NCBI GenBank assembly: GCA_963746075.1
Contig: CAVUZY010000001.1
Span: 26,046-90,045, forward strand
Reading direction: 5' to 3'
From: an uncultured Chloroflexia bacterium
GTDB taxonomy: Bacteria; Chloroflexota; Limnocylindria; Limnocylindrales; CSP1-4
DNA: 64,000 bases
The notes under the pieces are model-generated. The model did no database searches. It was not told where the DNA came from and saw nothing but the letters and a program-made list of their open reading frames with translations. The position numbers and the translations under genes were made by a program. The stretch's first letter is position 1; every line of letters begins with the position of its first letter. Below, in pieces: positions 19,382-31,645 of the stretch.

Positions 19382-19774
19382 GTGGCGCACGTGCTTTTCG
19401 TCTGCCTCCACAACGCCGGGCGCTCGCAGATGAGCCAGGCGCTGTTCGAGCGCGCAGCCGGCGACCGCCACGAGGCGGCCTCGGCGGGAACGACGCCGGC
19501 CGAGCGCGTCCACCCCGAGGTGGCCGAGGTGATGCGCGAGCTGGACATCGACCTGGCCAACCGCCGGCCTCGCCTACTCAGTCAGGACCTCGCGGAATGG
19601 GCGGACGTGGTGGTGACGATGGGCTGCGGCGACGCCTGTCCTGTCGTCCCCGGCACCCGGTATATCGACTGGGACCTCGAGGACCCGAAGGGCCGGCCGG
19701 TCGACGAGGTGCGCGCGACTCGCGACGAGATCGAGCGGCGCGTCCGCCACCTCGTGGCTGAACTCGACGCCTAG
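19382..19774 (+). CDS. arsC: Arsenate reductase ArsC (LMW-PTP fold)
   Basis: VLFVCLHNAGRSQM, TMGCGDACP, DW.LEDP. Confidence 0.9.
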   Translation: MAHVLFVCLHNAGRSQMSQALFERAAGDRHEAASAGTTPAERVHPEVAEVMRELDIDLANRRPRLLSQDLAEWADVVVTMGCGDACPVVPGTRYIDWDLEDPKGRPVDEVRATRDEIERRVRHLVAELDA

Positions 19775-19859
19775 GAGGCCGGCGGCGCGGCCAGATTGGG
19801 TCGGCCCGATAACAGCCCCCGGTCCTCACCTGGGGCGAGTGGTTTCGCTCAAGCCCGCG

Positions 19860-21005
19860 CTACTCCGGCGCGACCGCGCGCGGGCCGCCGTCGCCCGCGG
19901 TCCGAAGCGCCCGGTCCGGTGCACGCCGTCCCAGTGCGAGGCGTGGATCCGGCTCCTCTGTCCCGTTCAGCCAACTCTCGACGTGCTCCGCGAGCGCGGG
20001 GCCGTGCTTGAAGCCGTGGCCGGAGCCGCCGCCCAGCAGCCAGACGCGGCCGTCGTGCTCGGGGTGGGGCGCGACGATGAAGTGCGTGTCGGGCGTCAGC
20101 TCGTACTGGCACGTCCAGTGACGAATCAGCGGCGCGTCGGCGAGCGCGGGGAAGCGACGGGCGAGATAACCGCGTGCCGTGTCCAGATGCTCGGGCAGCA
20201 GCACCCGCTCGTCGCGGTCGGGGTCGAACGGCGGGCCCTCGCGGTCGGGGGCGGCCTTGAAGCCGTGCCCGTCGAGGTTTCCGTGGCCGTAGGCCGCGCC
20301 GTCGTAGTCCACCCATCCCGGGACGTGCGGCGCCGACCAGCCGTCCGGCGTCTCGAAGTAGAGGACGTCCTGCTGCGTCACCCGTAGCGAGACGACGTCC
20401 GGGAAGAGCTTGCCCAGCCACGCGCCGCACGCCCACACGACACGGTCGCCCTCCAGCCGCTCGCCGTTGTCGAGCACCACGGCCGCGCCTTCCGGTCGAG
20501 CGCGCGCTCGCACGAGGTCGGCGCCGTTGCCGCGGGCGCGTCGCGCGAGCGCCTCGGTCGCCTGCCGCGCACGCAGGACACCAGCCTCCGGCTCGAACAG
20601 CACCCACTTCAGGTCGTCCCCGGCAAGGCTCGGATAGAGGCCGGCGGCATCCTCGACGCTGAGGCGGAGCGCCGGTATGTCCTGCGCGAGCATCGTCGCC
20701 TCGCTGTCCGCCTCCCACCCCGCGTCCGCATGTGCGAACCACGCGACGCCGGACTCCACGAACACCTCCACGCCCAGCTCCGCCTCGAGCTCGCGCCACA
20801 GCTCCCGGGCTCTCCGCGCCGAGCGCGTGTACCAGTGGTCGTTGCCGTGGGAGTAGCGCAGCAGCCGCGACTCGTCCCCGGACGAGGAGCGCTCGTGGCC
20901 CGGCACGTCCATGTCCACGAGGACGACCTCCCACCCGGATTGCGCGAGGCGATCCGTGACGGACGACCCGAACACCCCGGCTCCGACGACGATGGCCCGT
21001 GGCAT
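19860..21005 (-). CDS. FAD-dependent oxidoreductase, monomeric sarcosine oxidase-like
   Basis: VVGAGVFG, SSGDESR, CQYELTPD, GSGHGFKHGP. Confidence 0.85.
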   Translation of the reverse strand: MPRAIVVGAGVFGSSVTDRLAQSGWEVVLVDMDVPGHERSSSGDESRLLRYSHGNDHWYTRSARRARELWRELEAELGVEVFVESGVAWFAHADAGWEADSEATMLAQDIPALRLSVEDAAGLYPSLAGDDLKWVLFEPEAGVLRARQATEALARRARGNGADLVRARARPEGAAVVLDNGERLEGDRVVWACGAWLGKLFPDVVSLRVTQQDVLYFETPDGWSAPHVPGWVDYDGAAYGHGNLDGHGFKAAPDREGPPFDPDRDERVLLPEHLDTARGYLARRFPALADAPLIRHWTCQYELTPDTHFIVAPHPEHDGRVWLLGGGSGHGFKHGPALAEHVESWLNGTEEPDPRLALGRRAPDRALRTAGDGGPRAVAPE

Positions 21006-21032
21006 CAGCGCCTCTGACTCTACGATGGGGCC

Positions 21033-22604
21033 ATGAGCACAGCCACCGCCACCCGCACCGTCTCCTCGATCATCGCCGGCCGTCCCGCCACGGACGCGCC
21101 GGGCGGCGAGCTCCAGTCCACCAACCCCGCGCAGCTCTCGGACGTCGTCGCGACGGTCAAGCTCGGGAACGCCGACACCGTGGTGGACGCCGCGCGCGCC
21201 GCCCGCGCCGCGCAGGAGGGATGGGCCACCACGCCCGCACCCATCCGCGGGCGCGCGATCCAGCAGATCGGCCGGCTCGTCGAGGAGAACAAGGAGTCGC
21301 TGGCACGGCTCGTCACGCGCGAGATCGGCAAGCCCTACCCCGAGTCGCTGGGCGAGGTCCAGGAGATCGTGGACACGTGCAACTTCTTCCTGGGCGAGGG
21401 CCGTCGCCTGTACGGCCAGACGGTGCCGAGCGAGATGCCGTCGAAGCAGCTCTTCACGTTCCGCCAGCCGGTGGGCGTGGCGACGATCATCACGGCGGGG
21501 AACTTCCCGGTGGCCGTCCCCGCCTGGTACCTGGTCCCGGCGCTGTTGTGCGGCAACACGGTCGTGTGGAAGCCCGCCGAGTACGCACCCGCGCTCGGCG
21601 ATGCGCTGACCCAGCTGTTCCTGCACGGCGGCCTGCCGGAGGGCGTGCTCAACCTCGTCCTCGCCGAGGGCGCGCCCACGTTCGAGGGCCTCGACCGCGC
21701 GCTCGCCGAGGGGCTCGTCGACAAGGTGGGCTTCACCGGGTCTTCGGACGTCGGCCGGCGGATCGGCGAGCTATGCGGCCGCCACCTGCAGTCGCCGTGC
21801 CTCGAGCTCGGCGGCAAGAACCCGATGGTCGTCATGGACGACGCGGACATCGACCTCGCCGTCGAGGGCGCGCTCTTCGGCGGCTTCGGAACGGCGGGCC
21901 AGCGCTGCACGTCGCTGGGGACGCTGATCGTCCACGAGTCGGTCCACGACGAGCTCCTCGCACGACTGGTGTCCGCCGTCGAGGGGGCGCCCATCGGCGA
22001 CCCGATGCAGGACGTCCTCTACGGCCCGATGATCCACGAGCGCTTCCTCGAGCGATTCGAGGGATGGCTGGGCCTCATCGAGGGCCACCACTCCGTCCAT
22101 GGGTCGACCGGCACGGGGCGCATCACCGCCGAGAACCCGCGCGAGGGCTTCGTCGGCGACCCCGACGCGGGCCTCTTCTGCCACCCGACGATGGTGAGCG
22201 GCGTGCGCATCGACGACGACCTGGCCAACACCGAGACGTTCGGGCCGCTGATCGGGGTCGCGAAGTTTTCCGATTTCTCGGAAGCCATGGCGCTCGCCAA
22301 CGCCCACGGCTACGGATTGTCCTCGGCGATCTACACCTCTAACGCGACGAACGCCTTCCGCTTCCGCGAGCGGATCAGCGCCGGGATGGTGAGCGTCAAC
22401 AACTCGACGTCCGGCGCGGAGGCGCATCTCCCATTCGGCGGCAACGGCCGCTCGGGCAACGGCGCGCGGCAGTCGGGCATCTGGGTGCTGGACCAGTTCA
22501 CGCGCTGGCAGTCGATGAACTGGGACTACGCGGGCAAGCTCCAGAAGGCGCAGATGGAGACGGCCGACGTAGAGGCCGACCTGTCTTTCCGCCTGCCCGA
22601 CTGA
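21033..22604 (+). CDS. Aldehyde dehydrogenase
   Basis: WKPAE, FTGS, LELGGKN, AGQRCTS, ETFGP, PFGG. Confidence 0.95.
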   Translation: MSTATATRTVSSIIAGRPATDAPGGELQSTNPAQLSDVVATVKLGNADTVVDAARAARAAQEGWATTPAPIRGRAIQQIGRLVEENKESLARLVTREIGKPYPESLGEVQEIVDTCNFFLGEGRRLYGQTVPSEMPSKQLFTFRQPVGVATIITAGNFPVAVPAWYLVPALLCGNTVVWKPAEYAPALGDALTQLFLHGGLPEGVLNLVLAEGAPTFEGLDRALAEGLVDKVGFTGSSDVGRRIGELCGRHLQSPCLELGGKNPMVVMDDADIDLAVEGALFGGFGTAGQRCTSLGTLIVHESVHDELLARLVSAVEGAPIGDPMQDVLYGPMIHERFLERFEGWLGLIEGHHSVHGSTGTGRITAENPREGFVGDPDAGLFCHPTMVSGVRIDDDLANTETFGPLIGVAKFSDFSEAMALANAHGYGLSSAIYTSNATNAFRFRERISAGMVSVNNSTSGAEAHLPFGGNGRSGNGARQSGIWVLDQFTRWQSMNWDYAGKLQKAQMETADVEADLSFRLPD

Positions 22605-22650
22605 CGGCTCTCGTTTGCTTTCGCAACCATCGCGCGGCGATGATCGCGTC

Positions 22651-23532
22651 ATGACAACTCGTTCACTGGCCGTTATCACCTGCCTTGCGGCGCTCGTCTG
22701 CGCAGCGCCCGCAGCCGCCAAGCCGTTCGTCACGGCCCACCGCGGCGGCCCGTTCGTCAACGGCGCTCCGCTATACGCCGAGAACACGCTGCCGGCATTT
22801 GCCGCCTCGGCCGCGCAGGGCTTCGTGCTCGAGTTCGACATCAAGCTGACCAAGGACGACGTGCCGGTCGTGATCCACGACGACACGCTCGACCGCACCA
22901 CCACCTGCAGCGGCTTCGTGAAGAACCTGACCGCCGCGCAGATCGCGGCGTCCTGCCGCGTCGACTGGCTGGGCCGCCCGGGTGAGGGCCCGTCGGCGTT
23001 CATCGCCAACCCGGCCAACCGGCCGATCGTGCCGACGCTCGCGCAGGTCATGGCACTCGCCAAGTCGGCGGGCGCGACGGTCAGCCCGGAGATCAAGAAC
23101 ATCCCGCCGACGTCAGCGGGCGGCGTCCAGTCGAACGACTTCGACCCGACCTGGCACTACGCGCGCGTTGCCGCGCTCGGCCTCGCTCGATCGGGCTTCC
23201 CGCAGTCGCGGATGATCATCCAGAGCTTCTGGCCGCTCAACTTCGGGATCGTCCGTCAGATCCTCCCGGGTGCTGCACTCTCGCTGCTGACGCAGGCAAA
23301 CCTCAACCCGGGCGCGACGGCCTACGCGCTCGCCTTCCGCTACCAGTGGGTGTCGCCGGAGTTCGGCACCGGCCTCCCGCCGGGGTTCGCGACAGTCGCG
23401 CACACGCTTGGAAAGAAGGTCGTCCCATGGACGATCAACACGCCGGCCCTGATCCAGAAGGCCGCCGCGCAGGGCGCCGACGCGGTCATCACGGACGACC
23501 CGTACATGGCGCGCACCGCGCTGGGCGGCTAG
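22651..23532 (+). CDS. Secreted glycerophosphodiester phosphodiesterase family
   Basis: Signal peptide; AHRGG, ENTL, EFDI.LTKD..PV..HD, EIK, IQSF, WTIN, ITDDP. Confidence 0.88.
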   Translation: MTTRSLAVITCLAALVCAAPAAAKPFVTAHRGGPFVNGAPLYAENTLPAFAASAAQGFVLEFDIKLTKDDVPVVIHDDTLDRTTTCSGFVKNLTAAQIAASCRVDWLGRPGEGPSAFIANPANRPIVPTLAQVMALAKSAGATVSPEIKNIPPTSAGGVQSNDFDPTWHYARVAALGLARSGFPQSRMIIQSFWPLNFGIVRQILPGAALSLLTQANLNPGATAYALAFRYQWVSPEFGTGLPPGFATVAHTLGKKVVPWTINTPALIQKAAAQGADAVITDDPYMARTALGG

Positions 23533-23547
23533 CGCGTAGCCCGGTAG

Positions 23548-25174
23548 TCACCCCCGGCGATACCAGCGCGGCGAGGTCGTCGGAGGGGGCTCGAGCGCCG
23601 CACGAGCGACCAGCACGCTGGGCTCGTCCGAGGCGACGTGGTCCGCCAGGGCCGCCGAGAAGTCGCCGGTCAGGCCGTCGACAGCCTGCGCCCGGATGCC
23701 GAACGACTGCGCAAGCGCGACGTAGTCGGGCGTGAGCAGGTCGACGCCATACGTCTCGTGCCCCGCGAGCTGCTGGTCGAAGCGCAGCATCCCGTAGCCG
23801 CCGTCGTCGACGATCACCGCGGTCATCGCCAGCTTCTCCTGGGCGACGGTGGCGAGCTCGCCGCACGCGAACAGGAACCCGCCATCGCCGGAGACGGAGA
23901 CGACCGGTCCCGCGCCGGCGAGCGCGGCCCCGAGGAGGCGGGGAAGCCGAACCCGAGCGTGCCCCAGCCCATCGGATAGGCGAGCCTGCGCGGCGCAGGC
24001 ACAAGATGGAACCCCGCGAGCCAGTAGCCCGGGATGCACATGTCCGCGAAGACGACGGCGTCGTCGGGCACTGCCGACCCGAACGCCTCGAGGAAGGCCG
24101 ATTTCGTCGGGATGCTCGGCGGAGAGCCGCGCGCGGACGTCCTGGCGAAGCGAGGCCAAGCGGGGCGCGAGATCCTTCTGGCCACCGATCGCCGGTAACG
24201 ACTCGACCAGCGCGTGGCGACCTCGCGTGCGTCGCCGACGAGCGAACACATCCGGCTCGTAGTTCTTCGCCGCGTCGACCGGATCGATGTTGATCGCGAC
24301 GAGCGCGGGCGGCTTGGGCAACGCCCAGTTCTGGGTCATCATCCCGTCGAGGTCCGAGCCGATGGCGACGACGACGTCGGCGTCATCCCACAGCGCACCG
24401 ACCTCGGCACGTGCGGCGGGAGCCCGCACCGCGCACGGATGGTCGCCCATCAGCCCGCGAGCTGAGTACGTCGTGATGACGGGCGCACCGATTCGCGACG
24501 CAAGCTCGCCGACAGCAGAACCGGCGCCGGCCTGAGCGCGCCCCGCCGCCGACCCAGACGAGCGGGACACTTCGCGATCACCGAGGAGTTCCCCGATCTG
24601 GGTGAGGTCGACTTCGTCCGCCTCCGCGGTCCAGCCGAAGCCCTCTGCGGGGCTCGTGCTCCTCGGTGAGGAAGATCCGTTGGTATCTCGACGTAGACGG
24701 GACGTCGGGGTGCGCCCATCGCAACCGCAATGGCGCCGTGAATCGTTTGCTCGGATGCCGTCGGCAACCCGACTCGCAACGCTCCTTCATGACCGGCGCA
24801 AACATCGCAGCCTGATCGGCACATTCGTGCAGGCTCGCGCGGACCACACCGGAACGACGAAGCCGCGTCGGCACATCCGTCGCGATCACCAGCACCGGCG
24901 AGCGCGAAGCCCACGCCTCCCCGCACGCCCCCAAGGTGTTCGCCGCGCCGGGCCCGGTCGTGACAAGGGCAACCCCGACTCGCCCCGACGCCCGCGCGTA
25001 CCCGTCCGCCGCGTACACCGCCGTCTGCTCGTGGCGCACGCCCACGAGCCTGATCGACGACGAGCGCAGCGCCTCCCACGCCGGCAGGTTGTGCACGCCG
25101 GGCAGGCCGAAGACGACCTCCACGCCGGACTGCTCGAGACCGCGGACCAGCAGGTCCGCGCCGGTCGCGCTCAC
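23548..25174 (-). CDS. ThDP-binding enzyme (acetolactate synthase-like); frameshifted
   Basis: FGLPGVHN, RHEQ.A.YAADGYAR, TTGPG; C-terminal GDGGF..DDGGYG ThDP motif in another frame. Confidence 0.85.
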
Positions 25175-26428
25175 GCCGCCGGCAGGTACCGCTTCTGGAT
25201 GCCGCTCGCCCGCTCGAGCAGCTCCGAGATCTCGGGATCGTCGCCGAGCGCCAAGGCGCGGCGGCACGCCGCGATGCAGTCCGAGATGCGGTCGGAGCGC
25301 GCCAGCGCGTGGGCGTACCGCGACCACGCCTCTGCCGACTCGGGGTCGAGGTTGGTCGCTTCTTCGCACGCGGAGACCTCGCCGCCGAAGTCGCCCGCGA
25401 GGTGCCGCGCCAGTGCAAGGTCGAGCAGGCCCTCGACGCTGGGCTTCAGCCGGCGCGCCGCCTCCAAGGCGGCGCGCGCGGCGACGCCGTCCATCATGCG
25501 CAGCCGGAGCCGGCCGACGCGTTCCCACGCCTCCGCGTCCTGCGGACCGCGGGCGGCGGCGCGCTCGGCGGCCTCCGCTGCGAGCTCGACCGCTCCCATG
25601 TCCTCGTAGATCCGGGAGGCGAACCGGTGCGGCGCCGGGCGGTCGCCCTCGACGCGCGCCCAGTCGCGGACGGAGCGCCCCGCGGCGGGCAGGTTGCCGG
25701 CCTGCCAGAAGGCGAGCGTCATCAGCCGCAGGACGGCCGGGTTGCGCGGCTCGGCGTCGCGCGCGTAGACCAGGCGCTGCGCCGGCAAGAGCGTAGTTGC
25801 CCTCCGCCATCGCGTGCTGCCGCGGCGGTCATGTAGCGCTGGACGCGGTCGGCCGCAGGCGTCCGGCTTCGAGAAGTCGACGAACTGGAGCGTGCCGGCC
25901 GGGATCGGTCCGCACCCCGACCGGAGAAGCTGACACGCGCGCCCATTGCTGGACGTCGTCGCCGCTCGCCCGTGAAGTAGATCCCGGTGACGTTGCCGAC
26001 GCCCCACTCGGGATAGGCAGGCAGCGCGCGTAGCGGTGGACGACGGAGTGGTCGGGGACGCGCGGCTGCCGAACGGGTCGTTGCACGGCGCGGTGCCGTC
26101 TCGGCGGCACGCTGCGCGCTGCTCCGCCTCGTAGGCCCGGCGCCCGGCCTCGGCGCGCGCGGCGCGGGCGGCGGCGGCGCTGACCTTGACCGCGTTGCGC
26201 GAGACGCGGCCGCCGCGGGAGCCCTCGGCCAGGACTCGAGCTGGTCGGCGGCCTCGTTGATCGCCTTGAGGTGGCGCTCGTGCTCGAACTGCTTGCCCGG
26301 GCGGGGCGATGTCCGGGTGCCAACTCTTGGCCATGCCGGCGGCGCGCGAGCTGGACCTCGCGCTTGTCGAACGGCGGCTCGAGCTCGAGGAGCATCACCG
26401 CCTGTTCGATGTCGAGGATTGTAGGCAT
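25171..26428 (-). CDS. J-domain + SH3/Tudor-like + TPR protein; frameshifted
   Basis: WHPD J-domain motif with AINEA; YPEWGVG segment; Ala-rich TPR helices; pieced from three frames. Confidence 0.75.
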
Positions 26429-27195
26429 GACTGGTGAGCGTAGCGCGCGTGACGGCTCTGCTTCTAGGTGCGGCCGGAGAACGTCTCACTGCTGCGCAAT
26501 GTAGCCGAATGGCGACCGGACACCTCGAGACGCGAGCTCGGCACAACGCCGCCGCGGTACACGTGCGGCGGAATGCCGGCCAGACATTCACGGCGCCTGC
26601 GGGGCCGCCGCGGGCCCGATATCGCCGGAGAGTTGGGTAAGCCGCTGAACCGACGCTGGCGGTGCTCGCCGACCATGTTCGCCGTGCCCGGCGCCGATGA
26701 CACTTCGGCAACGAGACTCGACGTGAAGGCCGAAGCTCCGGCGGGCCGTCCGTGGCCGGGCGCGCACTGCGAAGCGCAAGCGGCTCCAGCGAGCGTCACT
26801 GATCGCAGCCACGAGGAGCCCGGGGCTGGATCTGCGCCGGAGACCGGCGGCATTTCGCGCACGCTGGAGCGAGCTCTCGGGCCGGACTACTCCATGGCGC
26901 GACGAGACTGCAGCCGGGCCGCGCACACCGACTCGGCCGGACGCGACGTTCTCGTCCTGCGAGCGAGGACGCCGCTACCTGGGCGCTACAAGATCCGTTC
27001 GGCCGGGGCGCGCGCCCGGATCCGCGCGCCGAGAACGGCGACAGACCGCCTGATATCGCCTGGACCGCGGCAGCGCGGCCGCTGCACGCCGAGACGCGAG
27101 AACTTCGTGTCGGTCCCGGTCGCGGAGGTCGCCGGAGGGGCCGCCGGCCTCGGGCTGAGCCGGCCCAGCCGCTTCCCTATCCTCCGTCGCCGCCC

Positions 27196-28876
<1,681 letters not shown>

Positions 28877-28928
28877 GGCGAGCGCTCCGCCCGGGAAGCG
28901 CCACCCAGTTCGCCGTTACGCTAGGCGC

Positions 28929-30467
28929 GTGCGAACCCGCTTGGCCGCGATCGCGACCGCCACCGTGGCGTTCGCCGCGCTGCCTGCACCCGCCGGGGCG
29001 GCGACTCCCGCGAGCGGTGTGCTGTCGGACCCCGCGGCCCAGGTGACCTGGCAGGGTGCCCCGTTCGCAAACGTCGTGACGCCGCTGCCCGCCGCCTGCG
29101 GGCTGTCTGCCTGTGACGAGTTCTCGTTGAAGATCGCCTTGCCGGCGGGCACCTGGGATCAGCCCGGGGGCGTTCAGATCGGCGTCCGGTGGCTCGACAT
29201 CGAGGAGGGTCAGGACATTGACCTCTATGTCTACGACGAGAGTGGCGCCGAGGCCGCGCACTCCAACGGGGTCTTCGCCTCGAACGGTGAGTCGGTCCTG
29301 CTGACCAAGCCGGCGAACGGGACGTACCGGGTACTCGCCGTCCCCCGCTACACGACGGCGCAGGGACTCCAGTACGAGGGCCTCGCAGAGGTCGAGCGGC
29401 CCGCCGCGAGTACGCCTGTCAGGCAGATGCTGCCCAACCTCTCCGCGCTCCCCCCGCACAACTTCCGCTTCGCCATCGGCGCGTACCTGACCAACCCGGA
29501 GCTGCCCACCAACGAGCTGTCGAGCTGCTACCCGGAGGAGATGCTCCAGCAGGACGCGCGGCGGTGCATGCGCTTCGACCAAGGCGTGTCCAACCTCGGC
29601 GACGGGCCCTTTGAGCTGCGCTTTCGCATGGAGGGGATCGCGACCGACCGCGAGTTGCGCCAGCGCATCTTCCGTAGCGACGCCTCGTTCGCGGACCGCA
29701 AGGCGGACAGGTACGAGTTCCACGCGGCGCACGGCCACTTCCACTACCGCAACTTCGCGCAGTCGCGCCTCTGGGCGTCGAACGCGGCAGGCGAGCGGCT
29801 CGGCGACAAGCCGGTTCGTGTCTCGCGCAAGAACGGCTTCTGCATGATCGACGTGATCCCTATCTGGTGGGGGCTCAAGGGCGACGCAGCGAGGACGTAC
29901 TACTTCCCCCGCTGCAACGCGCCGACCGAGAACGAGGCGAGCGGGACGTACATGACCAACGGCATCTCGGTCGGGTGGGCCGACATCTACAACTGGTATC
30001 TCGCTGACCAGTTCATAGAGGTGACCGGTGTCGCGGACGGTTACTACATTGTCGAGACCGAGGCGGATGCGGCCAACACCATCGTCGAGACCGACGACCG
30101 GGACAACATCGGCCTGTCGCTGATCAAGCTCACGGGGGACAAGGTGGAGCTCATCCACCCCGTTACGCGCGAGGAGGCCGGCGTGCCGGCGCCCGCGGGG
30201 GCGCGAATGCGCGTGTCTGTCCGCCCGGCCAGGGTGCGCGCGGGCCACAGGGTGCGGTTCCGGTTCACTGCTCGGGTCGGCCTGAAGGGCAAGGGACGCC
30301 CGGTCTCCGGTGCCGCGATCCGGTTCGCCGGCAAGCGCGTGCGCACCGACGCCAACGGCCAGACAGCGCTGACGAAGACATTCCGGCGGCCAGGCATCTA
30401 CCGCATTCGCGCGACGAAGCGGGGGCTGGTCTCCGCGAGCGCGCGCGTGCGGGTCGTCCGCGGCTAG
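28929..30467 (+). CDS. Secreted lysyl oxidase-like protein (PPC-like N-domain, LOX domain, basic C-terminal beta domain)
   Basis: Signal peptide; FHAAHGHFHY copper motif, KNGFCMID, GISVGWADIY, ETDDRDN. Confidence 0.88.
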   Translation: MRTRLAAIATATVAFAALPAPAGAATPASGVLSDPAAQVTWQGAPFANVVTPLPAACGLSACDEFSLKIALPAGTWDQPGGVQIGVRWLDIEEGQDIDLYVYDESGAEAAHSNGVFASNGESVLLTKPANGTYRVLAVPRYTTAQGLQYEGLAEVERPAASTPVRQMLPNLSALPPHNFRFAIGAYLTNPELPTNELSSCYPEEMLQQDARRCMRFDQGVSNLGDGPFELRFRMEGIATDRELRQRIFRSDASFADRKADRYEFHAAHGHFHYRNFAQSRLWASNAAGERLGDKPVRVSRKNGFCMIDVIPIWWGLKGDAARTYYFPRCNAPTENEASGTYMTNGISVGWADIYNWYLADQFIEVTGVADGYYIVETEADAANTIVETDDRDNIGLSLIKLTGDKVELIHPVTREEAGVPAPAGARMRVSVRPARVRAGHRVRFRFTARVGLKGKGRPVSGAAIRFAGKRVRTDANGQTALTKTFRRPGIYRIRATKRGLVSASARVRVVRG

Positions 30468-30530
30468 CGGTTCGTCTCAGATCCATCGGCTCCGGGCGGG
30501 CCACTGGCGACGGAGTAGGCTCGGCGTGCG

Positions 30531-30947
30531 ATGTCCGCCGAGAACGTCGCGGTCGTCCGCGAGAACATCGAAGCCGTCAGCGCATCCGGGTTCGACCCCG
30601 AGATCGCCGAGCTGCGCCTTCACCCGGACCTGCGCATCCATTCGCCCGATCAGTGGCTCGGCTCGGAGACCTACGAAGGCGGGGCGGGCCTCGGAGCGGT
30701 GCTCGCGGAGTGGCGAGCCAACTTCGACGACCTGCACATCGACCTCGGACACCTGATCGACGACGACGACCGCGTGATCGCGCTGTTCGAGGTGCACGGG
30801 ACCAGCAAGTCGAGCGCCGTGGACGTGGAATGGCGCCTCGGCTACATCGCGAACCACTTCGACGGCGGTCTGCCGCGCGACCTCACATGGTTCATGAGTT
30901 GGGAAACGGCGCTGGCGGCAGCGGGGCTCGACCCGCCCGCGGCGTAG
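30531..30947 (+). CDS. SnoaL/NTF2-like protein
   Basis: MSAENVAVVR, TYEG, DRVIA, GKSS-like TSKSS, ALAAAGL. Confidence 0.85.
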   Translation: MSAENVAVVRENIEAVSASGFDPEIAELRLHPDLRIHSPDQWLGSETYEGGAGLGAVLAEWRANFDDLHIDLGHLIDDDDRVIALFEVHGTSKSSAVDVEWRLGYIANHFDGGLPRDLTWFMSWETALAAAGLDPPAA

Positions 30948-31640
30948 CTAGGCGAGCTCGACCTCGAGCAGGTCGCCCAGCTCGCGGGCGTCGCCGGCAA
31001 CCGAGTCGGCGTCCGTCAGCTCCTCGACCGAGAACGGGCCCGTCGCCACGGCGATGCACCGCACATCGTCTGCGTGCGCGCACGCGATGTCGCGCGGCGT
31101 GTCGCCGATGACCAGCGTCCGATCACGCGGGTAGGGCGTGCCGTTCTTTCCGGCGCGTCTCCGAGCGATCGCCGGCAGCGCCGCGCGATCCTCATCGTCC
31201 GACCCGAAGCCGCCCTGCCCCGCCGGGAAGTAACGCCCGATCCCCGCGCGCGCCAAACTTCCAGCCGCGCGATCGGCTCGAGGTTGCCGGTGACCAGCGA
31301 GAGCAGGACGTCGTCGCGGGGCCGCCAGCGACTCGACGAGCGCCGCGATGCCCGGCGCCCACCCGGCGCGGACAGGTCGGGCTCGCAGAGCCGGGCGTAC
31401 TCGTCCGCCGCAGCGTCGCGGAAGTCGTTAAGGCGGTCGTCGATGCGATCCGCGGACACGTCGTTCGTCAGCAGGATCGCGCGCGCGATCTCCAGGTCCG
31501 TGCGGCCTGCCGCGGAGATCTGCGCCGACCGCAGCGGCGTCAGTCCGTACACCGACGACAGGGCCGCATCTCAGCGCCTTGCGATGCGCGTCGAACGCCC
31601 GCAGCAGGAGCGTGCCGTCGATGTCGAACAGGAGGAGCAC
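30948..31640 (-). CDS. HAD-family hydrolase; frameshifted
   Basis: LLFDIDGTL, GRTD, VTGN, VIGDTPRDI, VATG. Confidence 0.85.
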
Positions 31641-31645
31641 CGGCG

